From a virus, in IMG/VR virus record IMGVR_UViG_3300005573_000064, positions 1 through 64,000 of that record: a DNA stretch of 64,000 bases. One strand, written 5' to 3'. Position 1 is the first letter of the stretch; the number at the start of each line of letters is the position of its first letter. The notes below the pieces were generated by a model. The model did not search any database, had not been told where the DNA came from, and saw nothing but the letters and a program-made list of their open reading frames with translations. Below, one piece after another: positions 9,451-19,632 of this stretch. The position numbers were made by a program, and so were the translations under genes.

Positions 9451-10125
9451 TTACAGACCATATCCGATTCCGGCATAGCCAAGGCTGTTGTTGCCAAATC
9501 CTCCTCCGTAACCGTTGCCTCCGAAGCCACCGCCATAGCCACCACCGAGGCCACCGCCATAACCACCGAAGCCGCCTATGCCACCGCCCATGCCGCCATA
9601 GCCGCCACCGAAGCCGCCACCGTAACCGCCCATGCCGCCACCGCCCATGGATGTCATCCCCATCATTCCCGCAGTGCTGTAATAATCGGAAATGATTGGG
9701 GTGCCTCCCATTAGAAGAGCGATCTCACCGGAATCAGCGAAGTTGACTTTTATTTTTACATAAGCCTTAGGAAGAGGGACAACAGGCGAAGGCGTTGCAC
9801 TGGTCGAAGTCGCGCTTGCACTCTCCTCCGGTTTCTTCACGTCTATTTGGTATACGCCATTTGTAACCGAGTATGTCAGGTCCTCCCCGGTGGAGGTCAG
9901 GATTGAACGTAGCGCTATGTCAAAGGGAACATCGTTAAGATTCACATTAACAACACCGGGGATGTCCGGGACGCTGAATGATTTCGAAGACGTGGAGAAC
10001 AAGAGAGTCAGGGCGTCCTTCAGACTTGCATTGCTTAGGTTTAGAGTCACGCCCGCCACTGCAGGAGGCATCGGAGCGCACAGAAGGACCACTATGGTTA
10101 TCCATTTTGCAATTGTTCGTTTCAT
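9451..10125 (-). CDS. Secreted secretin N-terminal (STN/N0) domain protein with Gly-rich tail and no beta-barrel
   Basis: Signal peptide MKRTIAKWITIVVLLCAPMPPAVA; VTLNLSNASLKDALTLLF...VNVNLNDVPFDIALRSIL...YSVTNGVYQI (N0); KIKVNFADSGEIALLM (start of N1); GGGYGGGFGG tail. Confidence 0.8.
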   Translation of the reverse strand: MKRTIAKWITIVVLLCAPMPPAVAGVTLNLSNASLKDALTLLFSTSSKSFSVPDIPGVVNVNLNDVPFDIALRSILTSTGEDLTYSVTNGVYQIDVKKPEESASATSTSATPSPVVPLPKAYVKIKVNFADSGEIALLMGGTPIISDYYSTAGMMGMTSMGGGGMGGYGGGFGGGYGGMGGGIGGFGGYGGGLGGGYGGGFGGNGYGGGFGNNSLGYAGIGYGL

Positions 10126-10138
10126 GATGAGACCTCCC

Positions 10139-12160
10139 TTAGGCCGGCAGGGCCTTTATGGCGTAACTGGTTACGGTTGGGGTGATAGAGGAGCTTCCAT
10201 CGGGCGATGACAGGGTTATTCTAACCAGCACCCGCTGTCCGCTTATCGGAACCATCGAATCGCTGGAGGAGCTCAAATTCTGAGGGGCTATTGGCGTCCA
10301 GTTGGAGCCATCGGATGAGACCTCATATGTTATCCACTTCCGTGTCGGATCCCATCCGGACGGTATGTTTTCAGTGACTATGATAGCCACCGCTTGGATA
10401 GGCTTGGGGAATATCCACGGGGTGGACACCATGACGCTTTGGTTGGCGTACGTTCTGGACGATATTCCTATATTCGAAACGCCAATCACGCTTCTTTCAC
10501 CGCTAAAGACATCCATGGCGTTTCCAGACCTCACCACCGATGTGCTTGAGCTTATCCCTAGCATGGAGCCGGCAACATCCCCTATGAGGCCGCCAACCGT
10601 TCCCCCGCCTATGAACCCGGCAAGTTCGCCTATGCTCGACAGGTTCTGGGAGTGATCCCCGGTGTTAATTGCGAGTTGGGGATTGGGTAGTCTAACGGTT
10701 GTGGTGCTGCTTCCCAGTCCTATCGATATTCCGAAAAATCCAAGATGCGAGGACTTGTGAACGATCTCAAAGTAATAAGGATGAGCCAGTCCTATGGTGG
10801 GTGAGTAGGAGCCGTTGGCTTGAAGGGTTATATTTATCGTATCTATGGTTTCATTATTTAATGTAAACACTCCAACGCCCGAGTAATTGGACTGGGGAAC
10901 ACCGACAGTTTGAGAATTAAGAGATTCATTTAGCTTGGAGTCCAAATACACGTCAGTGGCTATGGTCTCCATGTAGGATGACACCTGGGAGTTGCCCACC
11001 GACAGGTTGGTTAGTATGGGATAGACTCCGCCTATTATTTGAGGGGATATTGTAATAATGGAGACGACCGAAGGTTTGGATAGCTTTATGGTCATCGACA
11101 GGGTGGCGTTTTTTCGAGGGACTGCGGATAGCGAGGCCGTTGGCGCCACGGATATGTCTGTCATTGAAGTGTCAAATGTCTTGGTGGATCCGTATATGAT
11201 ATTTCCATTTGAGTCCGTAAACTGGGCTATCGGGTAGCCGTCATTATTCGGTCCCATGTCGTAAGTGGAATTCCCCGGCCATTGTATGTACTTGGACCAC
11301 CCCGCCTCTTTGTTGGCGTTATCCTGCGTAACTTTTAAAACATCCACGTTGGGGGCTGACGGGTCCGCATGGTATTCCGTACCAATCATTTCACAAGGCT
11401 GAATTCGTGGGATGTAGTTCACCTCCCACTCAAACCAGGTGTTGGAGTTACCGTCAAACATATTGCCTACGTTGGCGCGGACGCCATTCGGATCCACTAA
11501 GGTCACTGTTGTCTCCGGTGTACTTGCATCGGGACTTGAAGGAGGTGTTTCGGAAGCTATCTCCATGTTATTCCCGGGAATACCCCAGCTATCAGCCAGA
11601 TTTACCGACACTCCGGATATGGAGGATACGAGGGAGGTTTCGGAAGTCACCTGAAGAGACAACAGTCCGTTGGTCGTATCCACGAACGCTGTCGTCAGGT
11701 TCGTATCCACATGGTCCAATGACGAGAAGCAGTCGCTAGCCCACATAAAGGAAGAATTAGTATCCGATACGAAGAGCTGATACATGACCGACTTGTCCTG
11801 AACCTGATTAAGCAGGCTCGTGACTCCGGCCACCTGAGTCTGATATGAGTTATAGAAGTCCGAAAGAACTCCGCGCATGCTCTCCAGCTGGTCCCATAAA
11901 AAGGATATGTCGTTTTGTATTTGACTGAGAGGAACGGTTATCATGTCCTGCATCGGAAGCTCCCCGGTTCTCATATAAGGAACCTCGGTGGTCACTCCGG
12001 TGTTTCCCGATACGGCTGCGGTCCAAAGATTCTGAACCTCGGTTATGAGAGCGGCCTGACTTCCAATGCTCCCGTTTGCGGTCTTGCTTATAAGGTCGTT
12101 TAACGCCTGTTGAGCCTTTACGGTTTTGGAATTATTTGTAAGCTTCGTATTGAGGAGCAT
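10139..12160 (-). CDS. Virion structural protein (baseplate/fibre paralog)
   Basis: 673 aa; coiled coil, TTAFVDTTNG motif, MFDGNSNTWFE, YEVSSDGSNW. Confidence 0.7.
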   Translation of the reverse strand: MLLNTKLTNNSKTVKAQQALNDLISKTANGSIGSQAALITEVQNLWTAAVSGNTGVTTEVPYMRTGELPMQDMITVPLSQIQNDISFLWDQLESMRGVLSDFYNSYQTQVAGVTSLLNQVQDKSVMYQLFVSDTNSSFMWASDCFSSLDHVDTNLTTAFVDTTNGLLSLQVTSETSLVSSISGVSVNLADSWGIPGNNMEIASETPPSSPDASTPETTVTLVDPNGVRANVGNMFDGNSNTWFEWEVNYIPRIQPCEMIGTEYHADPSAPNVDVLKVTQDNANKEAGWSKYIQWPGNSTYDMGPNNDGYPIAQFTDSNGNIIYGSTKTFDTSMTDISVAPTASLSAVPRKNATLSMTIKLSKPSVVSIITISPQIIGGVYPILTNLSVGNSQVSSYMETIATDVYLDSKLNESLNSQTVGVPQSNYSGVGVFTLNNETIDTINITLQANGSYSPTIGLAHPYYFEIVHKSSHLGFFGISIGLGSSTTTVRLPNPQLAINTGDHSQNLSSIGELAGFIGGGTVGGLIGDVAGSMLGISSSTSVVRSGNAMDVFSGERSVIGVSNIGISSRTYANQSVMVSTPWIFPKPIQAVAIIVTENIPSGWDPTRKWITYEVSSDGSNWTPIAPQNLSSSSDSMVPISGQRVLVRITLSSPDGSSSITPTVTSYAIKALPA

Positions 12161-12161
12161 T

Positions 12162-15100
12162 CTAACCTCTTCTGATATTCATATACAGAGTATAGTCCTT
12201 CACGTAAGGAGTTTCCGATGTGTCATTATTTGATCGTGTCAAGTTTATTGTGACTCTTGGCTTAATGGCGAGCGTTTGATAATTCACTGTTATTATAGCC
12301 GGTAGGTTGCCGTACTGGAACAGGCTGTCGGCAAACACCAAATAGCCATCGGGGTTAAAATAATATTCGAAGACGGGATAATACCCGGGACTCAGGGGAT
12401 CGAGATTGGCCGGAGTCAGCACCGGGGTGGTCCCGTTCACATAGTCCGTCATATTTCTGGTGACCGGATAGTTCTGAGGGACAAGTCCGAGCACAGCCCC
12501 GCTTGAGGCTTGAGTCCCGTAGAAATTTTCACGCGGAGAGGTCTCCGATATCAGGTAAGCGTAAGTGGCTCTTAATTGATTGTATCCGGGAGGAGGGGCC
12601 TGCAGGATTTGAACCGTTCCCAGGGAGGGGTTGACCGCTATTAGCATTGGATTTATTGCGACATCCCCGCTGGGAACTCCATTGGACCACCACGCCTGAA
12701 TATTCACACCGTAAGGGCCGGAGGCTATGTTCCGGTACTGAGTCTGCCAAAGCGTCAGGTTTCGCACCGTGGACAGGGACTGGCTTGATGGTATGTTTAT
12801 CTGAGGATTGCTTGACCCGTCATAGGCGTTAACCAGATTTAGAGTCTGGGTGGAGCTTGAGGATGACTGGCTTAGCGATGCCTGGGTTAGCAGTTCATAT
12901 GTGGAAATGGCGAAATCCATTGGCTTGGGTTTGCCGAGAATATCGGGCTGCACGGTCATCTGGGTGTTCGGGAAATACAGGGACACCGTAATTGGTCTGT
13001 ACCCCTCGGTCGAACCCAGGGAGCCGTTTGCCAAAAGATATCGGGGGTTAAGTGCGTTGGGATCGTACGGAACCTGCTGCCCGTTTAGATTGGACGATAG
13101 TACCGACATTAGATTCAGCATTGTGGACGAGTTGAAATACGGGTAGTCCGAAAGCGGAACTCTTCCGTATCTGTCCGATCCGTTTATAACCTCGGTTCTT
13201 CCCTGAACCGGAGCTATGAAGGACTGCCCCGGCAGATATGTTGAGGGTATGTTATCGGAAGGGTATATGTTCACGGTTGTAAGTGACGAAAGCGACACCA
13301 TCTCGGCTTCGATGTTTCCTAGTGCTATCCATAAGGGATAGCCGCGACCCCAGCTGGTGGACACCCTCATGTATTGCACGGCTTCAAGCTGAGACTGCGG
13401 GAATTGGGACAGGTCGATGCTGAATTGTTTGTACGGCAACGTGGGATTTGTCCAGGTCCAATATATCGGGGTGTCGGTTACGGTGGCGGACATGTCCCAA
13501 TTTATCCCATCGGATGAGAAGGCTATCGTGAACGACACGGGTCCCAGAACCATCCGGGTCATCACGTTGGTGAACAGGGAGTAGCTTCCCACTATTGAAA
13601 GCGCCCCGCTGAGGTTTATAGGAGACGGCATGTTATTCTGAATGTACACCGTCTGAATTTGGCGCGTCTCGGCTTGTCCGACCTGAATTAAAAGGTAGGC
13701 GGAGGATATGGAAAACGGAACTTGAGAAGGCCATGTCGTGGTTATGAAGCCGGTGCCGCCTGCGGTCCATGCCGCGGGATTAAGATACGGTATGGGTGGC
13801 GGGGTGGAGTTGGCGTTCCCTAGAATCGTCTGTCCCCCGAGATTAACGTTTTGCATGCCTATGCCCTTCTCGGGAGGGTCGTTGGGAAACATGGTGACTA
13901 CGTATTGAATTGATCCCGGAGAGGTTATTCCATCGGTCACCGAGTCGTTGGCCCCTATCCGTATCTCCCTAATCTCACCGGGGATGGCGAGCGGTGGGCT
14001 TACATATCGGGACTGTGGTGCGTATTCCCGGTGTATGAGGTTTATCTCATAGGCCCCCATGTTATACTCGTAAGCCGATATCGATGATTGAGGGGTCGGG
14101 TTGGCGTACTTTTCAAGGTCCTGAACCAGGGTCCACGATGTTCCGGGGACCTGCTTCATTAGCGAGGACATTCTTTCACCAAGGGTGGAGGGCCTAAGTA
14201 TTGAAGCCCCAAACACCCTATTCACTTCGGAGTCCCAATCCAAAACATCGGGGTTGGACACTGAAAGTCTGGACAGCCTGTTCCATTTTACATCTTCCGC
14301 AGTCTCACCGGGAGGAAGGGAATAGGAGATGAACGAGGCGTTCTCCTGCGAGAATGAAAGATACACCCTTCTGGCCATTATGGAATTACCCAGGTAAACG
14401 GTGGTGCGGTTTATCAAAGGCTCGTATCGTATCTCCTGCTTTATCGGCTCCAGAAATATGGAGCACACCTCGAGGGAGGCCGGAGCTTTGAAATAGGGAG
14501 GCAGTCCGATCTTCAGATTCACGGAGGTTGCCGCAGGAGGTGCGTCAAAGGATGTGACGATATTGCTCCACCCTATAGACTGTATGTTCACCAGCTCCTC
14601 TCTTGTTATGATGGTGACATTTCCGGAGGATACGAACGATACGCTTATCAGCACCGGAGTGTCATCCCATGTTCTAGCCAGGAAGGACACCTCCAAACTT
14701 CCTGCGGTGGATACCGGTATGTTATTCTGTCTGATAGCTATGGCGCCCGAGGCCACGTAGGTCTGCATGAACACGCAGGGCTCGCCATTCGGGCTATCGG
14801 GTTCGCCATAAGGACTCCCAGCCTCAAGGAGGTACCCTCCCCCGGTGCCTAACACTCCCATTGCCGAGGAGTCAAACCACCACCCGGTCACGGGTACGGA
14901 GGGGTCGGGTATCACCCCACTGGAGAATGTGGGGTCAAGCAGGCTGTTGGTTATTCCGTCAACATAGCCTATGCCTATCAGGTTCATGGGGCTTTTGCCG
15001 TAGGGTCTTATATCAAGTTCGGATATCTGGGTCAGTCTTTCAAGCTCAAGCTTTAGTCTGCATGCCACCCCACCTTGATAACCCAGGGAGGAGTAAGGCG

Positions 15101-15812
15101 AAACGGGCAGCCACGGGAATGTGTCCTGAGTGCAGTAGACGGGGGCGTCCGTGTGCACCGTTTCGTTCCAAAATGTGTCGGGGTTCCCATCAAAGGCTAG
15201 GGGCGCCATGTTTCCTTCGGAGACGGGCCTTCCTATCAGTCTGTCCAGAAACACTGAACTGGGGGTGATGTTGCTTCTTGAAAGTCTTACCTCGAATTCC
15301 CCTTGCACTGGGAGTTTCATCATTCCGTCCTTCGGGTCTATGTAGGAGCGAGGGATGGCCCCGTTCTGATAAAACGACAGGTTCCCCTCCATCGGAGTTT
15401 GAGGAGTGAAGTTTTGAACCAAGGTGTCCGTATAGTTTCCAACGGTCGATGACGTTCCGGAGTAGGACAGCCCGGTCCGGTTCTCCAGATTTTGAATAGC
15501 CGTAAGAAGAGTGAGGCTGTCACTCTCACCCATATTCACTATGGAGTCAAGGATGCCCCACAGATTGAAGCTTTCAGCGTAGAGGGAGCCCAGATCCGCA
15601 AGTATGGACGCCATGGCCGTATTGTATGCAGATACTGAAAAAGAGTTAGGGGATATTTTGGTAAGGGGCCCCGGGCTATTGGACAGCGCCTTGGATATGG
15701 CGGACGCTGAATCGGAAATGACAGGCTCCCCTCCCGATATCATGGATAACAGGGCTGACTGACGGCCTTTGCTGAGAGCGGATACAAAGGAGGTTATAAG
15801 CTTTGATGGCAT
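12162..15812 (-). CDS. Large virion structural protein with carbohydrate-binding-like domains
   Basis: 1216 aa, Ser/Thr/Pro-rich beta protein; AFDGNPDTFW and FSSDGINW motifs. Confidence 0.7.
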   Translation of the reverse strand: MPSKLITSFVSALSKGRQSALLSMISGGEPVISDSASAISKALSNSPGPLTKISPNSFSVSAYNTAMASILADLGSLYAESFNLWGILDSIVNMGESDSLTLLTAIQNLENRTGLSYSGTSSTVGNYTDTLVQNFTPQTPMEGNLSFYQNGAIPRSYIDPKDGMMKLPVQGEFEVRLSRSNITPSSVFLDRLIGRPVSEGNMAPLAFDGNPDTFWNETVHTDAPVYCTQDTFPWLPVSPYSSLGYQGGVACRLKLELERLTQISELDIRPYGKSPMNLIGIGYVDGITNSLLDPTFSSGVIPDPSVPVTGWWFDSSAMGVLGTGGGYLLEAGSPYGEPDSPNGEPCVFMQTYVASGAIAIRQNNIPVSTAGSLEVSFLARTWDDTPVLISVSFVSSGNVTIITREELVNIQSIGWSNIVTSFDAPPAATSVNLKIGLPPYFKAPASLEVCSIFLEPIKQEIRYEPLINRTTVYLGNSIMARRVYLSFSQENASFISYSLPPGETAEDVKWNRLSRLSVSNPDVLDWDSEVNRVFGASILRPSTLGERMSSLMKQVPGTSWTLVQDLEKYANPTPQSSISAYEYNMGAYEINLIHREYAPQSRYVSPPLAIPGEIREIRIGANDSVTDGITSPGSIQYVVTMFPNDPPEKGIGMQNVNLGGQTILGNANSTPPPIPYLNPAAWTAGGTGFITTTWPSQVPFSISSAYLLIQVGQAETRQIQTVYIQNNMPSPINLSGALSIVGSYSLFTNVMTRMVLGPVSFTIAFSSDGINWDMSATVTDTPIYWTWTNPTLPYKQFSIDLSQFPQSQLEAVQYMRVSTSWGRGYPLWIALGNIEAEMVSLSSLTTVNIYPSDNIPSTYLPGQSFIAPVQGRTEVINGSDRYGRVPLSDYPYFNSSTMLNLMSVLSSNLNGQQVPYDPNALNPRYLLANGSLGSTEGYRPITVSLYFPNTQMTVQPDILGKPKPMDFAISTYELLTQASLSQSSSSSTQTLNLVNAYDGSSNPQINIPSSQSLSTVRNLTLWQTQYRNIASGPYGVNIQAWWSNGVPSGDVAINPMLIAVNPSLGTVQILQAPPPGYNQLRATYAYLISETSPRENFYGTQASSGAVLGLVPQNYPVTRNMTDYVNGTTPVLTPANLDPLSPGYYPVFEYYFNPDGYLVFADSLFQYGNLPAIITVNYQTLAIKPRVTINLTRSNNDTSETPYVKDYTLYMNIRRG

Positions 15813-15821
15813 TCGAAACTC

Positions 15822-18800
15822 CTAGACATAGCGTATGATGGGAAGAACACCTGCGGCAACGTGTTTATTGACTATCTCCTCGACCTGGGAGGTGCTGAGC
15901 TGAGAGTATCCGTTGGCCCCGGTAAGCACGTCCTTCGGGATATTCACAATCACTACTCCGTTCATCATGACCGGGTCCCCGTCCCAGCTATTCTCGTCCC
16001 ATATGCTTCCGTTTACGAATTTTCTGGTGACACGTATGGTGGCGTAGACATAGCCGTATCCGTACAGTCCCTGCGTGCTTAGGAACAGCATTCCGGAGGG
16101 AGCCACCGCGTAAGTCGATCCCGTCACATTCACGGTCGGAGCCGCCACTATGTTCCAGACCGGGGTGGGGTTAAATGCCGCGCTCGCTCCGGATGATGGA
16201 ACGGTCGAGGATATGATGGCCCCTATGGGATTGGAGTACTGGAATGCCGAGCCGCTGACCGGCAGTCCGTTGAACGTCACCGTCACGTAGTCGTTGGGGT
16301 ACAGCATTACGCGAGTATTGGTCCACGTTCCGGTCGATGAGAACGGGATGGCGCACCGTGACTCCTCGGTGAATGTCGGAGGCGGATTGGATGTCGATAT
16401 GGAGTCGGGCAGGCCACCTCCTCTGCTTCTCACATCCATAAGCCAAATATCGTCAATGGTTCCCGGAGGGGTTATGAAAATCTTGCTTATTATTGCGGCA
16501 CTGGGATATCCCGGAACGGTCCCCTGAAGAATATTGCCGCCCGACATATGCCTGAGGAAGGAGTATGGAGGAACGAACCCCGAAGCCGCCACGTCAAAAG
16601 CCGTCCTGTACACGTAATTTCCCGTTAAGTCACCGCTGGCGTAATAGGCGCATGTCGGGATGAGATAAAGAAGAATGGGATTGTCAAGCAGGGACGCTCC
16701 GGGCTTTCCTTTGTAATCAACGCCTACGTCCGTCATGTGTCCTGCCGAGGGGTTCAGGTCAAGGTCGTGCCACGAAACGCCATCGTAATACCCTCTGTAT
16801 ATGTGTCGGGGGGATTGATATACGAATGACGCCTCTATGATATCCGTGCTGTTGACGCTGCGTGACAGGGTTATGGTTCCGTTGACGGGGTCAGCCGAGC
16901 TCACAATACCGGGATATGCCGTTGCGAGATTGTACATGGCGGCACTTCCGGAAGGGGGTTGCGATATTACGGAAACCCCGTTTATTATAAGCTCCGTAAG
17001 ATAGGCAATATTGGACCTTCCCAGGGAGATAATGTTATCGGTCAGGGACTGACATAGAATCCGGGTCTCCAGCTGATAATGGTTGAGAACGTTAGGATTG
17101 GACGGGTCTATCCACTGATTGCCCAAGTTGTATTCGGGAAGAGTGTACACCAGAACAAGATTGTCCCCGTCCTTAAATCCCGCCTGTCTAAGCCAGCTTC
17201 CTGTGGGCTCCAAGGAGCTCATGACATAGGGGCGCTCGAAGACGCCATCCTTGACCAGAAGCCTCCAGCCTCCCGCGCTATCCTGCATCGCTCCGTCAAC
17301 GGTTATGGAACTTGACACTCCGTACACGGTGGAGTAGGGATTGTTTGATATGACAGTGCCGGAGGTCGTGGTCGTGCCGACCGTTGATGTGAAGTACGGA
17401 GCCATGTTGACATTGGTGACCCCGGCTATGGTGGCTATGAACGATATGGAGATTCGACCCGACACCGTCTGCGGATTAGTGAACTCAAACTGAGGGAGAA
17501 GCATCGGGGCCTGATAGTTCGTATCCCCGGCATTTCTCACATAGGACAGGGGAAGGTTTCCATCCCTGGGGCTGATTTCGTAATTTAACGGAGTTTCGGT
17601 AACCGCGCCACCCGAGTTCAGTCCGTTCACAGTAACCAGTATTCGTCCGTAATCAACCACCTGATACGTTCGGCCCGTTCCGGAGTGTCCCGGCACCGGA
17701 AATTGCGCTGTGAACGGTTCGGCAAAAGCTCCGCGCACGGTGTTGTCCATATCGAGAGTCACGCCTTGAATGGCTCCGGGCCAGCATAATGTAAGATTAA
17801 CGCCATAAGGGGAATTCCGGCTGACAGGCTCCGGTTCCGAAGTCATGATATGTTTGGTATTGAAATACCTGTTGCAAAAATCACCGGACAGGAAAAACTC
17901 CTGGTTCTTGTATATCGTTTCAACCGGCTGAACTATGTGACTCTGCACCGTCTCCCCGGTGTTAACTTGATTAAATGTGAACTTGGCTCCGGCCTCACCG
18001 TAAGCCAGAACGGCTCCAGGATTACTTGAGTAATAGGACAGCGGAAGACTGATTTGAGGGGTGGTGAGAGTGAGAAAGTAACCGGCCGCTCCGGTCGGGC
18101 TTACGGACTGAAACTCATTGAACGTCCACGGGGATATTATCGAACCCAAAGGCTGAACGTACATATCGTCCCAGTTCATGTAGGACAGGTTGGACGAGGT
18201 GTCAGCGCCCTCGACCTTTAATCTCCACATTGTCGCGGTGGGGTAGGTCACCAAATTTACGGTCATCGAGGCCGGGGAGTAAGTGACAGCCCCCGATATT
18301 GGCGCGGACGTGAAAGTCCCCAGCAGCGAGCCGTTCGGAGCGCTCCACGCCTCCAGCTTCAGGACGCAGCTGTCGGCTAGCGAGCCTCCCTGGCTCGTGT
18401 CCGTGTAATGCCATCCGCCTATGTTGTATGAGCCCGAGGCGTTCAACCCCGTTATTTGAATGTAAGCCCCGTGCCCGGTATTTGGAAGAAGTCCTAGGAA
18501 GTTGTTTCCGGTTCGCGATGTCCCATGCCAATGGCTCTGATTCAGCCAGTTGATATTTTCGAAGTACACCTGCGTGCCGTAGATGGTCCACTCCTCCAAC
18601 TCGAAGGACGGGTCAGGGCACATGTTCAGATAAGACTGGCTGAAATCCCCGGATATGTGCGAGGAATCGACAAGCCCCGGATTGGCCAGAATTCCCGATC
18701 CCGCCACGGAGACAATTGAGGTGTTTATCGGAGCGTACGAGAAGCTCGCCAGCCGTATGTCATCGAAGTACACCCCTTGGGCGTACATGCACTGCATCTG

Positions 18801-19619
18801 TATTACGATACTGGTTGCGCCTGCCGGTAATGAGAAAAGCGGGGATTCAAACTTCAGGTATGTTGTCGTTGGTTGGTTAAGGTACTTTTGAGTTTGAGGC
18901 CACGCCCACCCTATGTTTCCCTCCCATACGGTTCCCAGCGGAGTGTTCGAGGCGTAAGCGTATATGTTCACCGTTATCATGGTGTCGGATATGTCCTGCA
19001 TCTGCCCGTTCGGACCAACCCTGTATCCTGCGTTATTCACCGGGTCGGTGGCCACCCACATGGAGAACTGGTAGGCGATGGAGGACAAGGGGAGCGATAG
19101 CTCCCCGCCTGACGCCTGTGCCGTTATATGCGGGCTTTGCATCGTAAACATCGGAGTGCCGCTGGCCCACAGTCCGGCAGCGCAGTATGGCTGCGCGTAG
19201 GAGGGTTGCCCGAGGCCCGGGTCGTCCCCCGTCTGATAGGAGCTGTTCAACGAAGTTCTGCCATTTACGAGATTCCAGCCCAACGCCCCTCCCGTATCGT
19301 TTTGGTCAATCCACCATCCCCCGCTTGCCGCAGGGTATACGCCAAACTGGAAGGTTGAGTCGGGTATCTTGTCGGCCACCAGTATTCCCGAGACTCCGTA
19401 AGTTGGGTTGGGAACGGAGCTTGAGACGGTTATGCCGCCACCAAGCTCGCTTTTCAGTATCGCCCCGTCCGTATTCTCCGGTGTATATCCCAACCCTCCT
19501 ATTATTTTCAAATCCCTCCCTATCTCGGGAACAGGCGTGTTTATGTAGGCGAGAGGAAGGCACCCTTCGGGAACGGAAACGGAAAAGCTGAAATCAATAT
19601 TGTTAAATTGGCTAGGCAT
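15822..19619 (-). CDS. Large virion structural protein with CBM-like repeats (baseplate/receptor-binding)
   Basis: 1265 aa; DPSFE...W, YFDDIRL and MNWDDMYV motifs of galactose-binding-like folds; C-terminal DVRSRGGGL...WDG...VEEIVNKHVAAG. Confidence 0.7.
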   Translation of the reverse strand: MPSQFNNIDFSFSVSVPEGCLPLAYINTPVPEIGRDLKIIGGLGYTPENTDGAILKSELGGGITVSSSVPNPTYGVSGILVADKIPDSTFQFGVYPAASGGWWIDQNDTGGALGWNLVNGRTSLNSSYQTGDDPGLGQPSYAQPYCAAGLWASGTPMFTMQSPHITAQASGGELSLPLSSIAYQFSMWVATDPVNNAGYRVGPNGQMQDISDTMITVNIYAYASNTPLGTVWEGNIGWAWPQTQKYLNQPTTTYLKFESPLFSLPAGATSIVIQMQCMYAQGVYFDDIRLASFSYAPINTSIVSVAGSGILANPGLVDSSHISGDFSQSYLNMCPDPSFELEEWTIYGTQVYFENINWLNQSHWHGTSRTGNNFLGLLPNTGHGAYIQITGLNASGSYNIGGWHYTDTSQGGSLADSCVLKLEAWSAPNGSLLGTFTSAPISGAVTYSPASMTVNLVTYPTATMWRLKVEGADTSSNLSYMNWDDMYVQPLGSIISPWTFNEFQSVSPTGAAGYFLTLTTPQISLPLSYYSSNPGAVLAYGEAGAKFTFNQVNTGETVQSHIVQPVETIYKNQEFFLSGDFCNRYFNTKHIMTSEPEPVSRNSPYGVNLTLCWPGAIQGVTLDMDNTVRGAFAEPFTAQFPVPGHSGTGRTYQVVDYGRILVTVNGLNSGGAVTETPLNYEISPRDGNLPLSYVRNAGDTNYQAPMLLPQFEFTNPQTVSGRISISFIATIAGVTNVNMAPYFTSTVGTTTTSGTVISNNPYSTVYGVSSSITVDGAMQDSAGGWRLLVKDGVFERPYVMSSLEPTGSWLRQAGFKDGDNLVLVYTLPEYNLGNQWIDPSNPNVLNHYQLETRILCQSLTDNIISLGRSNIAYLTELIINGVSVISQPPSGSAAMYNLATAYPGIVSSADPVNGTITLSRSVNSTDIIEASFVYQSPRHIYRGYYDGVSWHDLDLNPSAGHMTDVGVDYKGKPGASLLDNPILLYLIPTCAYYASGDLTGNYVYRTAFDVAASGFVPPYSFLRHMSGGNILQGTVPGYPSAAIISKIFITPPGTIDDIWLMDVRSRGGGLPDSISTSNPPPTFTEESRCAIPFSSTGTWTNTRVMLYPNDYVTVTFNGLPVSGSAFQYSNPIGAIISSTVPSSGASAAFNPTPVWNIVAAPTVNVTGSTYAVAPSGMLFLSTQGLYGYGYVYATIRVTRKFVNGSIWDENSWDGDPVMMNGVVIVNIPKDVLTGANGYSQLSTSQVEEIVNKHVAAGVLPIIRYV

Positions 19620-19632
19620 GTTTTCTCCGATG

